Source of the DNA: Phoronis australis
Lineage: Eukaryota > Animalia > Phoronida
Assembly (NCBI GenBank): GCA_002633005.1
Contig: NMRA01000022.1
Coordinates: forward strand, 62,001 to 126,000
DNA length: 64,000 bases
Direction: 5' to 3'
The translations under genes and the position numbers were made by a program. The notes beneath the pieces are model-generated. The model was given only the letters and a program-made list of their open reading frames with translations. It was not told the origin of the DNA and did no database searches. Each line of letters opens with the position of its first letter. The first letter of the stretch is position 1. Positions 10,985-24,550 of this stretch are shown piece after piece.

Positions 10985-11521
10985 CTAAGAAATAGATTTA
11001 CTTTCATAGCGAGCAAGCCAAAATTCAACGAGGGTCGTAACACTGATAAACGCCGACAAACAGTACACCTTTGATCAAAATCATGGGTACTCTTTCGGGA
11101 TACTTCTTGCATGTCTGGCACTGGGAAGCGGTAGAATATATGTAATCATTTTCTCTTAATTAAAATATTCAAATCGCCACTGATTACCGGTTAAACTTAC
11201 CACTGCGTTTCATCATCCATTGTAAATCAGAAAGTACACCAAACTAAAAATTGCCCCAGTAAAATCAAAAAGGCAGGAACAATGCATGCATGCACTCCGG
11301 TGACACGGGGAAATGAATATCCAGGTTTTGAATTTTTGTTCAAATTATTTTCATTTCAATTGCAAATGGGCATAGCTTCATAATAAAGATAAGTTTTTCA
11401 CCACTATGACGACACTCTCTTTCATGACATGGCAAACGTTGAAACAATCCTCGGTCTTATCCTATGCTTAATGTTGTGTTTTCCTAACATCGGAATAACA
11501 CGTCAAGCAAAAATACAATAC

Positions 11522-11633
11522 CATTATCGGTCTTGCTAAATTCGCCTATCATCTCCTCTAACGCCTTCACGTCTTCGATAGTTTCAACACGTTCTAAATA
11601 CCGGTCAGGCTTTTTGAAAGCCTGAGGTGCCAA
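11522..11633 (-). CDS. CACHD1: CACHD1-like exon 12
   Basis: LAPQAFKKPDRYLERVETIEDV. Confidence 0.85.
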
Positions 11634-12177
11634 CTGAAAAGAAAACTCCAACACTGTAGGGAATTTTATTACGTTGGTGTATAGCTCGAAATGTTCGGAT
11701 GGCTGGCACACAGATGACTAAGGCATGAGAACACAGTCGATCGTTAAATCACCATATTAACTTTCACTTCATTTCTATATCTTCAATTGGCCAAAAATAC
11801 TGCCAAAATCTCCCAGTCGAAGTAGCAAACTTGCGCATTCATAACTATTATGAGGAGCCAGCGGTTTTACACGTTATGTATTTGAGCATTAGGCACAATC
11901 ACTTGACCATGGCCAAAAGAAGGGACTCTGACAATGGACAGACAGGGGGTACTTCAGTAACATCCATTACAGAAATACAAACTTAAGGTAACAGAACAGG
12001 GTTTCCTTTTCCGGACCTCCACCCCCACACGTTGGCTCCACGCCTGGAATACTTCTCTAATCCTTAAGCTATGCACTCCACAGTCACACATATATGTAAA
12101 GCACTGTGTCTTGGTGACTGGGATTTACAAATAGTACGTGTCCTGTGTATCTACCTAATGCGTCTTGCACGAAATAC

Positions 12178-12321
12178 CTTGATGGTTGAACGCCGTGGCA
12201 ACTCAAGTCCACCCGCCTGTCTGCTATAACAAATGCCACTGCTTTCGCTTGTGTTCTTCTGAATTTTCAAATCCAGTCGATGGTAGTTGATTGGTGCTTT
12301 CTTTTTCACTGTGGTGCTTCT
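12178..12321 (-). CDS. CACHD1: CACHD1-like exon 11
   Basis: NYHRLDL...C...RRSTIK; YHRLDL is a family motif. Confidence 0.82.
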
Positions 12322-12854
12322 CTAAAATAAAATTTCCTCAAGAACACTTTTTGAATTTGCACGGACCAGTCGAAACAGTTTTTGACGAATTCTGATGGCC
12401 TTCCTTTAAAAATATATTTTAATCTTGTGTAAACCAGGTACAGTGTGCCTGTGTATGAGTGAGTTTTGTCCGTTTTCGTAACTTTTCATGTCATTGTTTG
12501 TCGATTATGGAACTAATTTTGAAGAAAAGTGGTTTTTCAAAATAAGTTATATCCCTTACTCATGGTTTTCACGATGCATAACTTAGCCCTTTTCTTCCAA
12601 TCTGCGCTGCTTGCATTTCTTGTTCCAAGATTCATAACAAAAAAATTAAGATGCCAACATTATCTGACAGCATTGTTCTAGGAATTAATTCGCAGTCCAT
12701 GCACTGTTGCATTTCCAATATGTATTTTAGAGTTTTTTACTTGAATGACAAATTTTTAAAACCTAATACATGTATGTACACATGGCAAAAGAAAAAATAA
12801 TAAAAACCAATGTGAAATCCTCCCGAGAAAGCAATTATCATGTCACTATCGTAC

Positions 12855-13016
12855 CACATTAGGCGCTCTCAACTCTCTGTCGGCGTCAGTCAAGACCAAG
12901 ACTATGGAATACTGGCTCTCAAACCCGCTCACAGGTTTGTAGTAATAAGAGGCATCCAGCTTCACATTAACAGCTCCGTCAAACAGCTCCTTCCCTCGTG
13001 CTATAGGAATGTTAAC
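12855..13016 (-). CDS. CACHD1: CACHD1-like exon 10
   Basis: VNIPIARGKELFDGAVNVKLDASYYYKPVSGFESQYSIVLVL. Confidence 0.78.
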
Positions 13017-13370
13017 CTAGGAAATATCAGAACGTATTTGGTATACGCCATCAGTAACAAGTGTTTCAGCAAAAAGAGCCTGGAATGAAAAGGCTCTTCT
13101 TAAGGAGTTCCTCGAGTTACAGGTGCAATTCAAAGAAGAGTGATATCCTAGACTTATTAGTGAGTAAAGACTGCAAAATGAGCCTCGTACGCCTCCTGGT
13201 GGTTGGGGCCCGAAGGCTAACCTCTGTTATCGAAACTCGACTTAAAAAGCGGCCAGTGCCATGGCATGCTTCGAGTTAACTTACATAAGTCTGAGTCTGA
13301 GTCAAGTCTGAGCTCGGAGATTTGACCCTGGGTCTCATATTAAGCCTTTCCATTTGAACCGATACGGTAC

Positions 13371-13519
13371 CTTTGCTTTCTCTCTACCGGTTTTTCCGTC
13401 CTTAATCTCTCTCACTGCAGTGTCGCTCAGAGCTGGTTCCAGTCGATCGATAGACATAAACAAAGGGTCTTTAACGTGTTCGCTGGGTTTGGGAAAACTT
13501 GGGTGTACAAGCACCATTC
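13371..13519 (-). CDS. CACHD1: CACHD1-like exon 9
   Basis: MVLVHPSFPKPSEHVKDPLFMSIDRLE; donor AAG|GTACCG chosen because it fits the phase. Confidence 0.82.
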
Positions 13520-14073
13520 CTGGTGAAGAAATAACGCAATTACAAAAGAAAGAAAATGAAAACGAACGAGAAAGCAACGAAAGAAAAAAAATTTTGCCAA
13601 TAAGAAAACAACAGTTTATGAAAAGTACTTTTAACAACAAAAGGGTATCAAAAGCAATAAAGTTATACAAAGCTTAAAAAGGGAATATGAAAATTAGAAC
13701 TGCAGCAAAACTGATCTTAATTTGTTCCCACCTTCAATAAGAAGTGGATTCTGAGCTAGTTCGTTTTGGTTGAGACCATTTGTCAGCGTATAAAATGACC
13801 CGCCATGACAAGCTAACTTGTGAAGGCTAGTAAAAAGATAACGAGACTTCCAATAAACTCTATATCCAGAAATCATACTTAATTTGACTAAAAAACAATT
13901 TGAGTCCGTGAGTGGTCTAAATCAAAAGTAACTTTTTATGATTGAAGCTGAGTCAACAGCCGCTGTAATCGTAATTTGAGAACAACCATTTACAAAATGT
14001 AGAGAGTCACAGGAATGACTACAATACACTTTTTCCACAATTCTCAAGGCAAATACATATGAAATAGTTGCCG

Positions 14074-14487
14074 CGATTTTCAGTAGATAAGCCCATGGGT
14101 GTGTAGTCGGAAAATGAGAAATTTTCCGGCGTTTTAGTAACACCCAATAAACGCCTGAGCGTTTGTTCGGAAAAGGGGGTCGTGCAAACGGAAAGCGATA
14201 ATTTTGGCTAACCAAATGCCAACTGGATACACGTGGGCCTAGAGGTTCCCTGACTTTTAGTTAAAACTGTGTTTTTAAATCTTATGTTAATAAATGCATA
14301 GTCCGTTTTTACAAATGATCAGTGCTCCTCGAAACTAAAAGTTGACCTTGAGTGAGCTTTTAAGGGGAAATTTTCCGACTGAATGCCTCACAATCTGTAC
14401 ACTTGACACCAAAAGTTGTAAAACCAGTAATTTTCCGAATAAACGCCCTTGGGCGTTTTATCAGGTGCGCTTATCTACGGAAAATCC
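14074..14487. mobile_element. Inverted-repeat (MITE-like) element
   Basis: gattttcagtagataagc...gcttatctacggaaaatc, with internal taaacgcc/gcgttt inverted motifs. Confidence 0.6.
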
Positions 14488-15076
14488 CGATATGTTTTAA
14501 TTTCTTGTTGTGTAATGAGTCTCCTTGTAGGCAGTTGCATAATGCAATAATTTACGTACTCACATGGTCTCTTCTCACATCAGGTGATTACGAGGACAGC
14601 TAAGTACTTTGTAAAATTATTTCCTAGTTCAAGTTGCTTTCTGTCTCGCCAGTCGTTCTAAAGATATCTTCGCGTCATTTCAATTAAAAGCTTCGTTAGA
14701 GCAATTCGAAGGCAAGCCAGTGCAGTGGCACGTATTGCTGAGCAACGCTTTTTCAATGCTTAATAAAATATTTTCAAAATTAGCAGAATTGAATGTGGAG
14801 ATTTTAAAACAATTTTTGTACCTCTGATGGAGCACCGACAAAATGACCGCTACAATGAAGTTCACGTTTTATGTAGGGATGTAAATTACAAACTGTTTCT
14901 TGTCTATAGGTGTCTCGTTAATAACGTGGCCCTTTCATTGTTCTAAATGATAGACAAAAAGGAAAGAACCACTTAAGCCGTAAATTAGAAAGGACAATTC
15001 GTCGTTTACAACGCACAGATCATAATCCTGTACAACAGTGCTGCGTAATCAGAAAAGTAGATAAAACTTGACTTAC

Positions 15077-15238
15077 CGTCGCGCCCCACAACGAATGCGT
15101 AACTGTGCATGCCAAGTTTGAAGTAAGCAACCGACTTGAAGATTTCTTCTACTAACACGTCAACTGCGGTGACACCGGTAAATTCAGGTCCAGAACCAAG
15201 ATCTGACATGGTCGGCAAACCCATCGTTATCACTAGGC
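15077..15238 (-). CDS. CACHD1: CACHD1-like exon 8 (Cache)
   Basis: GLVITMGLP...FTGVTAVDV...SYAFVVGRDG. Confidence 0.88.
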
Positions 15239-15894
15239 CTGAAATAGATATTTTGATAGTTTAAAAGTATTGACAATGGTTTGATTTCATTCTAGTTTTA
15301 AGCCTACGGCTGCACTATTGGGGTTAGCGGCTAGACAGAATGTTCCAACTCGTGGCCTTACCTTCGCCAAAAATTTCCACAAATTCCTAAATTACGAATG
15401 ACACTTTCCTTCCACCCGGCAACCACAGACTAAAAAGCAGTGGGTTTAAGGACGTAAAATGTGTTTTGTGGGCTTTAGGGGCTCATTTATTTGTAGGATG
15501 TTGCTAAATAAATTCACGAACACGTAAATGCGTCGTCGTTTAGCTTGGACTATACTAGCCGTTCTAATTAGTTATTGTCAACGCCATTTGTCCTTTTAAA
15601 AACTTTTGGGTTCAACTTGAGAATACTGAAACATGCATCGACATGTAGTGTGAATTTTCTCGATTTTTAAATCTGTCTTTCTACAGACAACTAATATAGT
15701 TACAGTCTTAGGATTTAGATCTCTTGAGAATTCAGATATATGTTTCTGTGAAACTTGAACATACATTTAACGACTCATAATTTACTAATTACATGTTTTT
15801 AATTGTCTCGTGTTATATGTAATCAAGCAGTTTTGAATAATGCAGCATTTATAATTCAGCAAGGGAATTCTTGAATGTACAGTCAAAAACTAAC

Positions 15895-16075
15895 CTTGTT
15901 GCTCGTGCAGAAATGGAGTCGTAACAGACGGCCTATCGGTGTCTGTTGCCATAGGAAACGAAAGATAGTAACTACCCATTATTGTTTTTAAGTCCTTGGC
16001 ATTATCATCCGAAATGGATTTAACTTTGCCCACCGGTCCGACTGGACGACTCTGACGGAAGGATGGAGTGGAGAT
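15895..16075 (-). CDS. CACHD1: CACHD1-like exon 7
   Basis: ..DLKTIMGSYY...PSVTTPFLHEQQG (VWA end, Cache start). Confidence 0.82.
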
Positions 16076-16614
16076 CTGGAGAAAGTAATAAATGAATAAG
16101 GCATGGTACGAATATAAATAGTTAGAGAAATGACCGTTCATAGGTGCAACAGGGACACTCTGCTCGAAGAGCGGGGTGAAGATCTGTAGGGGGGGAGCCA
16201 TCATTCAACGAAGGGATTGTCCGTAATTAGGCGCACATAACGTAGATAATATTTCAATCGTAGAACTACCAACATTTTTAACATGGCTTTCATCGACATT
16301 TTTAGGCGTTTTCAAAGACGTGTGTCAGTAGTACATTCTGACCGCTTTGGATCGGGTAAATGACAATAGACAATCTTCTAGCTTGTTGTTTTACTGTTGT
16401 CAAATGACGCACAAAATACGTGTACTACTCTGTTTTAGTGTTATTGTATCCGTCTTTACTCAAAATCCGTACTACATTCGTTTATTTCCTATATCATCGT
16501 ACATATGTACAAAATTCCAGCCTCGTCGACATGCTCATATACATGTATGGGTTTGAGTGCTAAGTCAACATGTAAACATATGGAAATTAACCAATATAGC
16601 GACAGTGTTTTTAC

Positions 16615-16755
16615 CTGCCACTTCGGCACAGTAACTCCATTCACTGCCAGTTTGCCGTTATTCTGATCGCCGAGCAAATGTAGAAATTCTATATTTTTCT
16701 TGTCACGGAATACCTCGCGACCGAACGCGTAGACCAACAGGTGGACAGAATGTCT
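16615..16755 (-). CDS. CACHD1: CACHD1-like exon 6
   Basis: RHSVHLLVYAFGREVF..IEFLHLLGDQN; AG/GT boundaries, phase 0. Confidence 0.82.
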
Positions 16756-16792
16756 CTACAAAAAGACAGTCATAAAATAAAAAAACAACAAG

Positions 16793-17240
16793 ATCGTCAT
16801 TAACATCATCATCACCGTCATCATCATCATCACCGTCATCATCATCATCATCATCGTCATCATCATCATCATCATTATCATCATCATAGTCACCACCAAC
16901 ATCGTCACCACCAATATCATTGTCAAACGTCATCATTACAATCATGATCATCGTCGTCATCCTCATCATCATTACGATCGCCACAACCTTTACCAGGATA
17001 ATTATCAACAACATAAACAGTAATATCATCATCGTCGTCGTCATCACTGTCGTCGTCATCATCACCATTGCCAACACCACCTCCAACGTCATCAACATTG
17101 TCATCGTGACGATCGTCCTCATTACCACCATAACTTCCATCGTCGCCTGAAACATAACCTGAAACATCATCACCACCTACATGATCATAATCATCGTCAA
17201 TACACGGGTCATTATTTGCGTCATCGTCAACTTCGTCAAC
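16793..17240. repeat. Degenerate (CAT/CGT)n trinucleotide repeat
   Basis: Runs of tcatcatca/tcgtcatca inside intron 5. Confidence 0.9.
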
Positions 17241-17549
17241 TATTTCTCCCAATCAATACTCACAATTTAACATTACCACGCGTTCGAAATTCAACAACCT
17301 ACGCAAGTAGGTGTATCGCCAACTATGTAATTTGTTTGCATACAATGCACTATGTTTAAGAAACGTCTGTGTTATTATCGACATTTTAAAAATGCATGAA
17401 ACCTCCCCCCACCAATAACAGTATTCCAAAATACTGGTGTTCTTCTCCTCATGGATTAGTTCTCAAAATAAACAATTTTGAAAGTACAACCAAGTCGTAT
17501 ATTTTGTAAGCTTTTGAAAATGTCGATAATTAGAAAAATGACCGTTTAC

Positions 17550-17660
17550 CATTTTGCTTTGGCCCTTGTAGACCTCTTCTAGAATGTTCTCTCGGACGGC
17601 GTCTGTTGGTTGGCCGTCCGTAAGGAACAAGATGATGTCTATGGAGTCTTTGAATTGGTC
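17550..17660 (-). CDS. CACHD1: CACHD1-like exon 5 (VWA)
   Basis: DIILFLTDGQPTD, the MIDAS D5 motif. Confidence 0.9.
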
Positions 17661-20600
17661 CTGCAATGAAATTTTCGATCACGATTTCGCTATGTCTCGT
17701 GTAAAAAAATTCGTCTGGTTTTAAAAATTAGAGTCGCCTAAGTTATAAGTCATAAATGATCGTTTTCATTATTGCATAATATCAATTTTTGAATAAACGT
17801 GTCCCTCTGATTGTCTCTCTCTCTCTCTCTACCCCTCTCTTCCTAACTCTTTGCATTTTATGAACCGCGGTTCTTTCTAATTTCTTACTCGAGACAGCGT
17901 AAGCACATCCTTGGTGCAGTGTTTTGAGGCGGAATGTACAACGCAACCATGGGCAAGTAGTTGTTCGTGAGAAAAGAACTGCGGTCTGAGAGGGGCATAT
18001 TCTGTTTCTAAGATATAAATTACGGTGTATGATAACAATACAGTTAACGATAAAAAATATTAATGAAAACAAAAAACTAAATGTTTTGAAAGGGATAGGT
18101 AAATCTGATTATTAAATATCCTGAGAAACTTCTGGCAACTTCAATGCCTGTGTCACGAGCCACCCCCATTTGGTGAAGTGGGCCAAAGGGTCCGCCGCAG
18201 AAAAACAAAAACTCCGAAGAAAGTAGAAAAAGAGACAAAAGTTCTCTAAAATGGCAAGAATTGCTAAAAATTCGGCGAATTCACAATTCATAGGTCTGAA
18301 CGTATCCCGTGAATCTTAGTAAAAGGTCCATACTTTCAAAAATTCGAGCCTACCCTTATTAGACTGGGTGCGCCCATGCAAATGGTGCCGGCGCAGATTC
18401 AGTGTAGATATTCGTTTACCTTCTTTCTGAAACCATTCTCTAATTTATCGCTAAACGTTCATACAATGTCACCTATTGTCATGAAAATGAAACAAGGACA
18501 CAAAACAATTGTTTAAGTTTTCCATTAACACTTAGCCAGGTGGATGTAAACTTTCTGCGAAGGAAAACATGAAACGGTGCCATGGTCAAAGAAGCAACGG
18601 AGGAATTTTCAAACACGTCACCCATCATATTTTCAACTATGCAAAATCTTTTCGTTTTGCTCTTCTGTGTATTCATGCAATTCGCATAGACGCACTGGTC
18701 AATTGATGTTTTCAACCATCGTGATAGGTCATGACTTGCTTTGCATGTTCATTTCTCCATAGCATGGCGGTAATCGAACACCTACTACGGACCGCGTGCG
18801 TAACAAGTACCACCCAGGGAACCCTTACGAGTCTCCACAAAACAAAACAAAACAATTATTCGCGATACGTGAAACTTCGGTGCGTGACAAATACTTTGTA
18901 GAGAATGGTAAGATTTCTATGTGGTAAAGGTTCTGCTCAGTGATAAGAGTTCCGCTCCGCGGTAAGCCTTCCGCTCCGCGCAAAATTTTATGGGACCCGT
19001 GGCAAAGCTTTCATCACTACATCTGTGTGACACAAAAAGCAACGTGTTTTTCTGTGACTTCTTTAAAATGTGGAACCGTGTCATATTATATTTGTCTATG
19101 TAAAGTGTCTTTGTTTCATCAGTCATACCGGAAGTGCTCTCTTTGCATTGTAAAAAACACGGAAAGCTTCCCGAAACCCAACGGAGTACAGGGTGGCGGC
19201 TAAAACAAACAGAAACACATGAGCAGAAACAGGATAACGTAAACACATAGGCGGACAAATGGGAACGCAGACAACCAAATCCAACAATAACGAACACATA
19301 AATTGATCGCCAATTTTAAACTGGCGGCGGCGAATCTATTGTCTAGCCAATGATTTTTTCGATTTAGTTTCGTGAGTGATTTTTCAAAATTGTAAACACC
19401 AACTGGCACCCCCAAAAACTCTAAGTAAGATTCCAGACAAAAATCAAAGGTTTTAAAAGGTGGCGCTGTACGTTGTAGACAACTTTCGACGGGGTCGAGC
19501 TTGTTTCGTTAATTTTGCAAACGGGAATATTTGAATTCATCATTTATAAAACTCTAAAATAGGCCTACACGGGCGTTCTCATTTGAAGCGATCATTTTGA
19601 TTTCATTGCAGTTTTTCGGACGCACCTCAATGTTGTTCTTACGGACGAATTTCTATTGCAGGAGCGAGTTGCAGGTTGTTTGACAAAATGTTTATGTAAC
19701 TGAGGAAAACACGGGTCCATAGGGAAAGAAATGTGTTCATGACACACGAACTGCGGTGGATGAAAAAAACAGGCCCGTACGATCAGTGAGGGAAGAAGTC
19801 TATCCGAAATAATTACATTAGCCAAAGACTTTCGGTTGCGTTGCGTCATTGGTTGCAAATCTCGAATTGGAAGGGATTTTGACACGTTCAGAGAAAAAAA
19901 AAACAAACAAGCAAACAAACACAAAGGGAACGTGTAACCCCCGGGTGTTTCAGTAAAGGTTTATGATCACAAATTTCCGCAATATTACTTGTTCTGAGAT
20001 AAAAAAAATCGTGAAATGAAATTGGAAAAATTGCTCGTTTGTCAATTTTTAGTCAAGTGTCGAGTTCATAGATACGTTACGTGCCCAGATGGTACATGGA
20101 TACGGAACAGAGTCCTTCAAAACTACTTAAACACCCCGAAGGTTACTACTGTTTACAAAGGGTCTTCGGATAGCACACAGATCGTTGTCATACCGGCTCA
20201 CGGAGACGTGCATTGTACATCAGTTGGAATGCTGAGCGAAAGCCTTTGGAGTAAATAGTACTGGCTACAAACAAACAAACAGTAAAACTGAACGTATTGC
20301 AACCACAGTAAACGCGTCCATTGAAACGATGTGATTTGCGAGAAGTTATTGAGAACGAAACTTCAGAAAATGCATTGCAAGACTTAACTCTAAACAAATA
20401 GTTTGGCATCTGGTTGCGATACCTTCTTTCACAGCGCCATCTCTTGATGAAATCTCTCGTAACACTGAGAAAGAGCGGTGTATGCGATGAAAATAGTTTA
20501 GATACAGCCGAGCTGCCAGAGAAAGAGTGCATCCTTCGGCTTTATCTCGAGGAGAAATTTTTGAAAAATGCCAGCGAGTGGCTCATCACCGCATTCCCCT

Positions 20601-21569
20601 TCCGCATTCACAAAAAGCTCCTTCGTCACAGAAAAAAGACGTATTGCTTGTTAGCAAAACCCAATCATAGAAACCAACTAAGTACTTTTAGAGCAGCCAT
20701 TGCATTTGACGAGTTAGGAATGACACTAAAATGCGATTGACATTTACACAAAAAGCACGCAACAACGATAATGGCAAACAACATTGAACACTTAAACATA
20801 TAGCGGGAGGAAACCGTTCCATTGCCTATCAACACCCCCATACCGCGTTAGAGCGCTTAGCCGTTGAAAGAAGGTAAAACGCTTTCCTGAAACCCGCCGA
20901 ATAGAGAGTTGACGCTGAAAAACACACGAAAATCCAACGGGTCAACACGAAAACATCAGGATCAGGTCACGTGACACATTGTGGTCGACACCAATAACAA
21001 CAACAATAACACGTGATGGCGATTGAAACGTGAGGTATCCGCTTGGAAACGGTAAAAGCTGGAGAAACACTTAAACGGATCAACAATTCAATGAACACGA
21101 AGCAACAGAGACAGGAAGCGGATCATTGAAGATGATTGTGTAACATGTTCGTTTAGGTAGTCGTTTTGGGAATAAAAAGGCAAAAATAGAAAGAATAACT
21201 TTGAAACTCAATGTTCACATATGTACAAGGCAAAACGTGTTTCTCGTTATCGGAACACCATACTGCGTGCTTGAATACGTCATAGGTAAAATCAATGAAG
21301 AAAGCGACAAAAATGAAACGCTATTGGTCCTGGAAGTATATAAGACAATGTTAGGTGATAGTGACAAGATTTTCTGAAACCAGCCTGAGCGCGGCAGCCC
21401 GCAATCCCCAAACCCAATGTCTATGGCTCCGCTGGCAGCCAAAATGCTATCTGATAAATGAAACGGAGTATTTATCTGACAAAGTCGCCGTCCTTGAATT
21501 CAGCGAATATCTGTCAGACAAAGGCGATAATTGACGATTTGTAATAAAATCACAGAAACACAACGGTTT

Positions 21570-21700
21570 ATTGTTTTATAGAGCTGGGCATAGTCAATGA
21601 CTTCAAAAACTCTGGCCAGTACAACAGTAATCCCGGTAACTCGTTTTTCGGCCATGGAATCGATAAAGTCCCTTTTAAAACTAAAATTGGAAATGAGCAT
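21570..21700 (-). mobile_element. Degenerate LINE (CR1/L2-like) reverse transcriptase fragment
   Basis: DFIDSMAEKRVTGITVVLARVFEVIDYAQLYKTI resembles MD..K.TG..FLDL.KAFDTVDH..LL.KL. Confidence 0.5.
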
Positions 21701-23007
21701 CCAAGATATGGAAGTAAGTACAATAAGCTACGTATGGGTAAAATGCGCAAGTTCTAGTTGACAGGGTGCGTCTCTTTAGTCCAAAGGTTTATTAGTCTGA
21801 AGGTTTGATAGTCCCAACTATTTCAAAAAATGTTAGGGAATACAAAAAGGTTATATAATCCGAAGTTTCAAAATCTGAAGGTTCTATAGTAAAAAATTAT
21901 AAAAACGTAGATGTTTCTATAGTCCGAATGTTCTATGGTCCGACAGCCTACGATAGTTCTGAGAAGAAAGAAGATAATGACTGGAATTTCGGACTATAGA
22001 ACGCCGGACCATAGAATCTTCGGACTGTAGACACGAACCAATTTGACAATGATCTTTTCTGACGAGCTAATTCTGGTTTCGAAAGTGGGTGTCATGGAAA
22101 ACCTCAAAATGCATTGAAATACTTCAATACCAACTGCTTCTCGTCTACATTTCCTAAAGTTACAAATTTTAATTTGTATTAAAATACCCAAACGTACGAA
22201 CTAACGGAACAAACAATACCATGGATAAACAAAACCCAAAATAATATCCGTAGGTGTTAGCAGACATCATCCTACTCTGCTGTCATATTCATCGATTCAA
22301 CTTCGCTGAACAAATAACAAAATTTGGGCATTGCCTCTATCTTTGATAAAATCAGGCCAACGGGTCTTAGAAATGTCCTTTCCCAGCAGCAATTTGTTCC
22401 TGTTATTAAAATTGCATGTCGTCTGCGTTTTCATGACAATGTTGAATTCTTAATTGAAGCTTTTTGGGATCTAAAAACTTTACCACTCTCATCCTACATT
22501 GATAAGCCGTCAACTCAAGCCACAGGCAATGCGTATTTGAGACATTTTCGAAACCATCGCTTTTAGGGTTGGCTAATTCCAATAATTCTGAAGCGATTTC
22601 TGGAGCCGTTGACCGTTTCAACGTTTTTGTCGGTAACAGAAATGGAATTCTATGAACGTAAGGAATATTATGACAATCTCGAGGCAGTAAAGGTCTAGAC
22701 AGATATTCGCTTTCAATCCTCTAAACTAGGCGAAACGCAATTTAAATGATATAAAAGATGACCAGCGATTGGTATAAATCAACTTAAATTTGGAAAGGTG
22801 GGAAAACCGCACAACGAGGGGTTTCAGAGGGTTTGAACTCCCTTCGACGGACATGACATAAAAAACGTCAGCGTGCCATTTTTAGGCTACCACAAACTTC
22901 TTGTACAGGCTGGATATGAAAACCCGTAATTTCGCCACAAAACGTGACGTCAAAACTGAAGGTCTCAGACTCGGTTGATCACTTGCCACTTGGAAGGTCT
23001 GGGATGA

Positions 23008-23148
23008 GTTCAATAACATTAGGACCTACGCTAGAACCTCGCTATAATCTAGCCAAAATCACGCCGTGTTCTTATTCAAATACACGGCAATATCTCACGT
23101 AATTTCGCGAAGTCTTGCTTTTTAGCAAGAACCTAACGTTACTTAAAA
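23008..23148 (-). mobile_element. ~160-bp MITE family, copy 3 (inverted, diverged)
   Basis: taggacctacgctag...tcgcgaagtcttgctttttagc is the reverse complement of copies 1 and 2. Confidence 0.7.
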
Positions 23149-23425
23149 CTGTAAAATATTTTATTCATTGACTCGAAGCATATGTTGCGACGTCAAGTAA
23201 TCTCGTTTAAGTTTTGCTTAGCATAAATAAATGTCCCTTAAATATCCGAAAAACACGCTTGCTTTGTCGGGCACTTTTTGTGACTCCTATTCATTAGTAA
23301 TTTAAGTGTGCTGCATATGTCCCCCTCAATGTGTGATTCACAAACAAAAAAGAGAAAAAAACTCAGGCATACACTTATGCACATATACACGAAGCAGTGG
23401 ATGACAAGATATGTCCATTTCTCAC

Positions 23426-23496
23426 CCCCGATTCACTCTTGCCCGCTGAGAGAAGATCAAAGGCCTTTTCAAAACCGGCCGCATACTTCGTTCTTG
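23426..23496 (-). CDS. CACHD1: CACHD1-like exon 4 (VWA)
   Basis: TRTKYAAGFEKAFDLL, the VWA T4 helix; phase 1 to 0. Confidence 0.85.
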
Positions 23497-24059
23497 CTAT
23501 AAGTAAGGTTTTGTTTTATACAGTTACAACAAGAAGAAATGCGTCCACAAACTTTTCCTGCAATTACTGTAAAGAAAACATCGATGCAACAATTCGAATA
23601 AAAACGGTGGCAAATGACGATAGAAAAGCTCATGTAAAAAGTAAACAGATAGTGGGTTCCAACTATTTCCGTCTAGACGTTATTTTGTTATTAATATAAC
23701 TTCCAAATAATGAAGATTTAATGAATAGCATAAATGTCAAATATAGTAGAATTTTTTTTCGGAATCCATCCTATTTAGATTTTAGGAGCAACGTATACTT
23801 ATACTAGCTGATATCCCTGAGAAATTTCGATAATTGACAAAGGTTTCAAAGATTGTCCAACCAAGAAATAGTTGGAAGTAGACTTATACGACACTGACTC
23901 TGTGAAATGAACGAAGACAGATATACTTGGAGCAAAGTGACAAGCATTTAGACTTTATCTACGGCATCATGACATTTTTGCGAAGCGCCCTTACAAGATA
24001 CACAAAGTGCGTCCTTGTGCACTTATAAAGTAACACAATTTCGAAGTTTTCTGCCTTAC

Positions 24060-24186
24060 TTCTGGGTTTGATGTCACTAACGAAATCTTTCAAGATCTTC
24101 TTGTTACTCGGGTTTGCTTGAGCCACTTTGTCACCAAAGCAGCCCTTCGGGCTTCGCGCGTCGTCACTGAATGCAACTACACCAGC
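24060..24186 (-). CDS. CACHD1: CACHD1-like exon 3 (VWA)
   Basis: AGVVAFSDDARSPKGCFGDKVAQANPSNKKILKDFVSDIKPR; AG/GTAAG boundaries. Confidence 0.88.
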
Positions 24187-24550
24187 CTAAAATAACCATG
24201 AAATAGCAGACGTACAACGGTGAGATCAGTTTCATAAACGTAATAAAGTCGTTTTCCCAATTTCTGCAGATTTAGATCATCTCATAAATCTCGTCAACAA
24301 TAAGGTGTCAATAAATAGATTGGCAAATCACAGCACTGTGTGCATTTCTTCGTATTTTGTGGCACTTTTCTTAATAGTTTTCGTATGAGAATAATTTTCA
24401 GAGCGAAACCAGAATTCAAAAATACCACCTGAATCTGTATCAGATTCCTTTAAATCTGAAAACCTAAGGTCTTCCAGTCATCGGTCGACCTCATAGTTTC
24501 AAAACACATATTTGACCAGTAAATAACTGCTGGCCTGATGTTATGCCTAC

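Noticed and set aside
12933-13016. GTGAGC donor at 12932 for exon 10
   Set aside because: The frame continues into expected Cache-strand sequence (YSIVLVL) up to the donor at 12854.
16703-17252. Asp-rich and Met/Ile-rich ORFs
   Set aside because: By-products of the (CAT)n repeat inside an intron; exons 5 and 6 join in phase without them.
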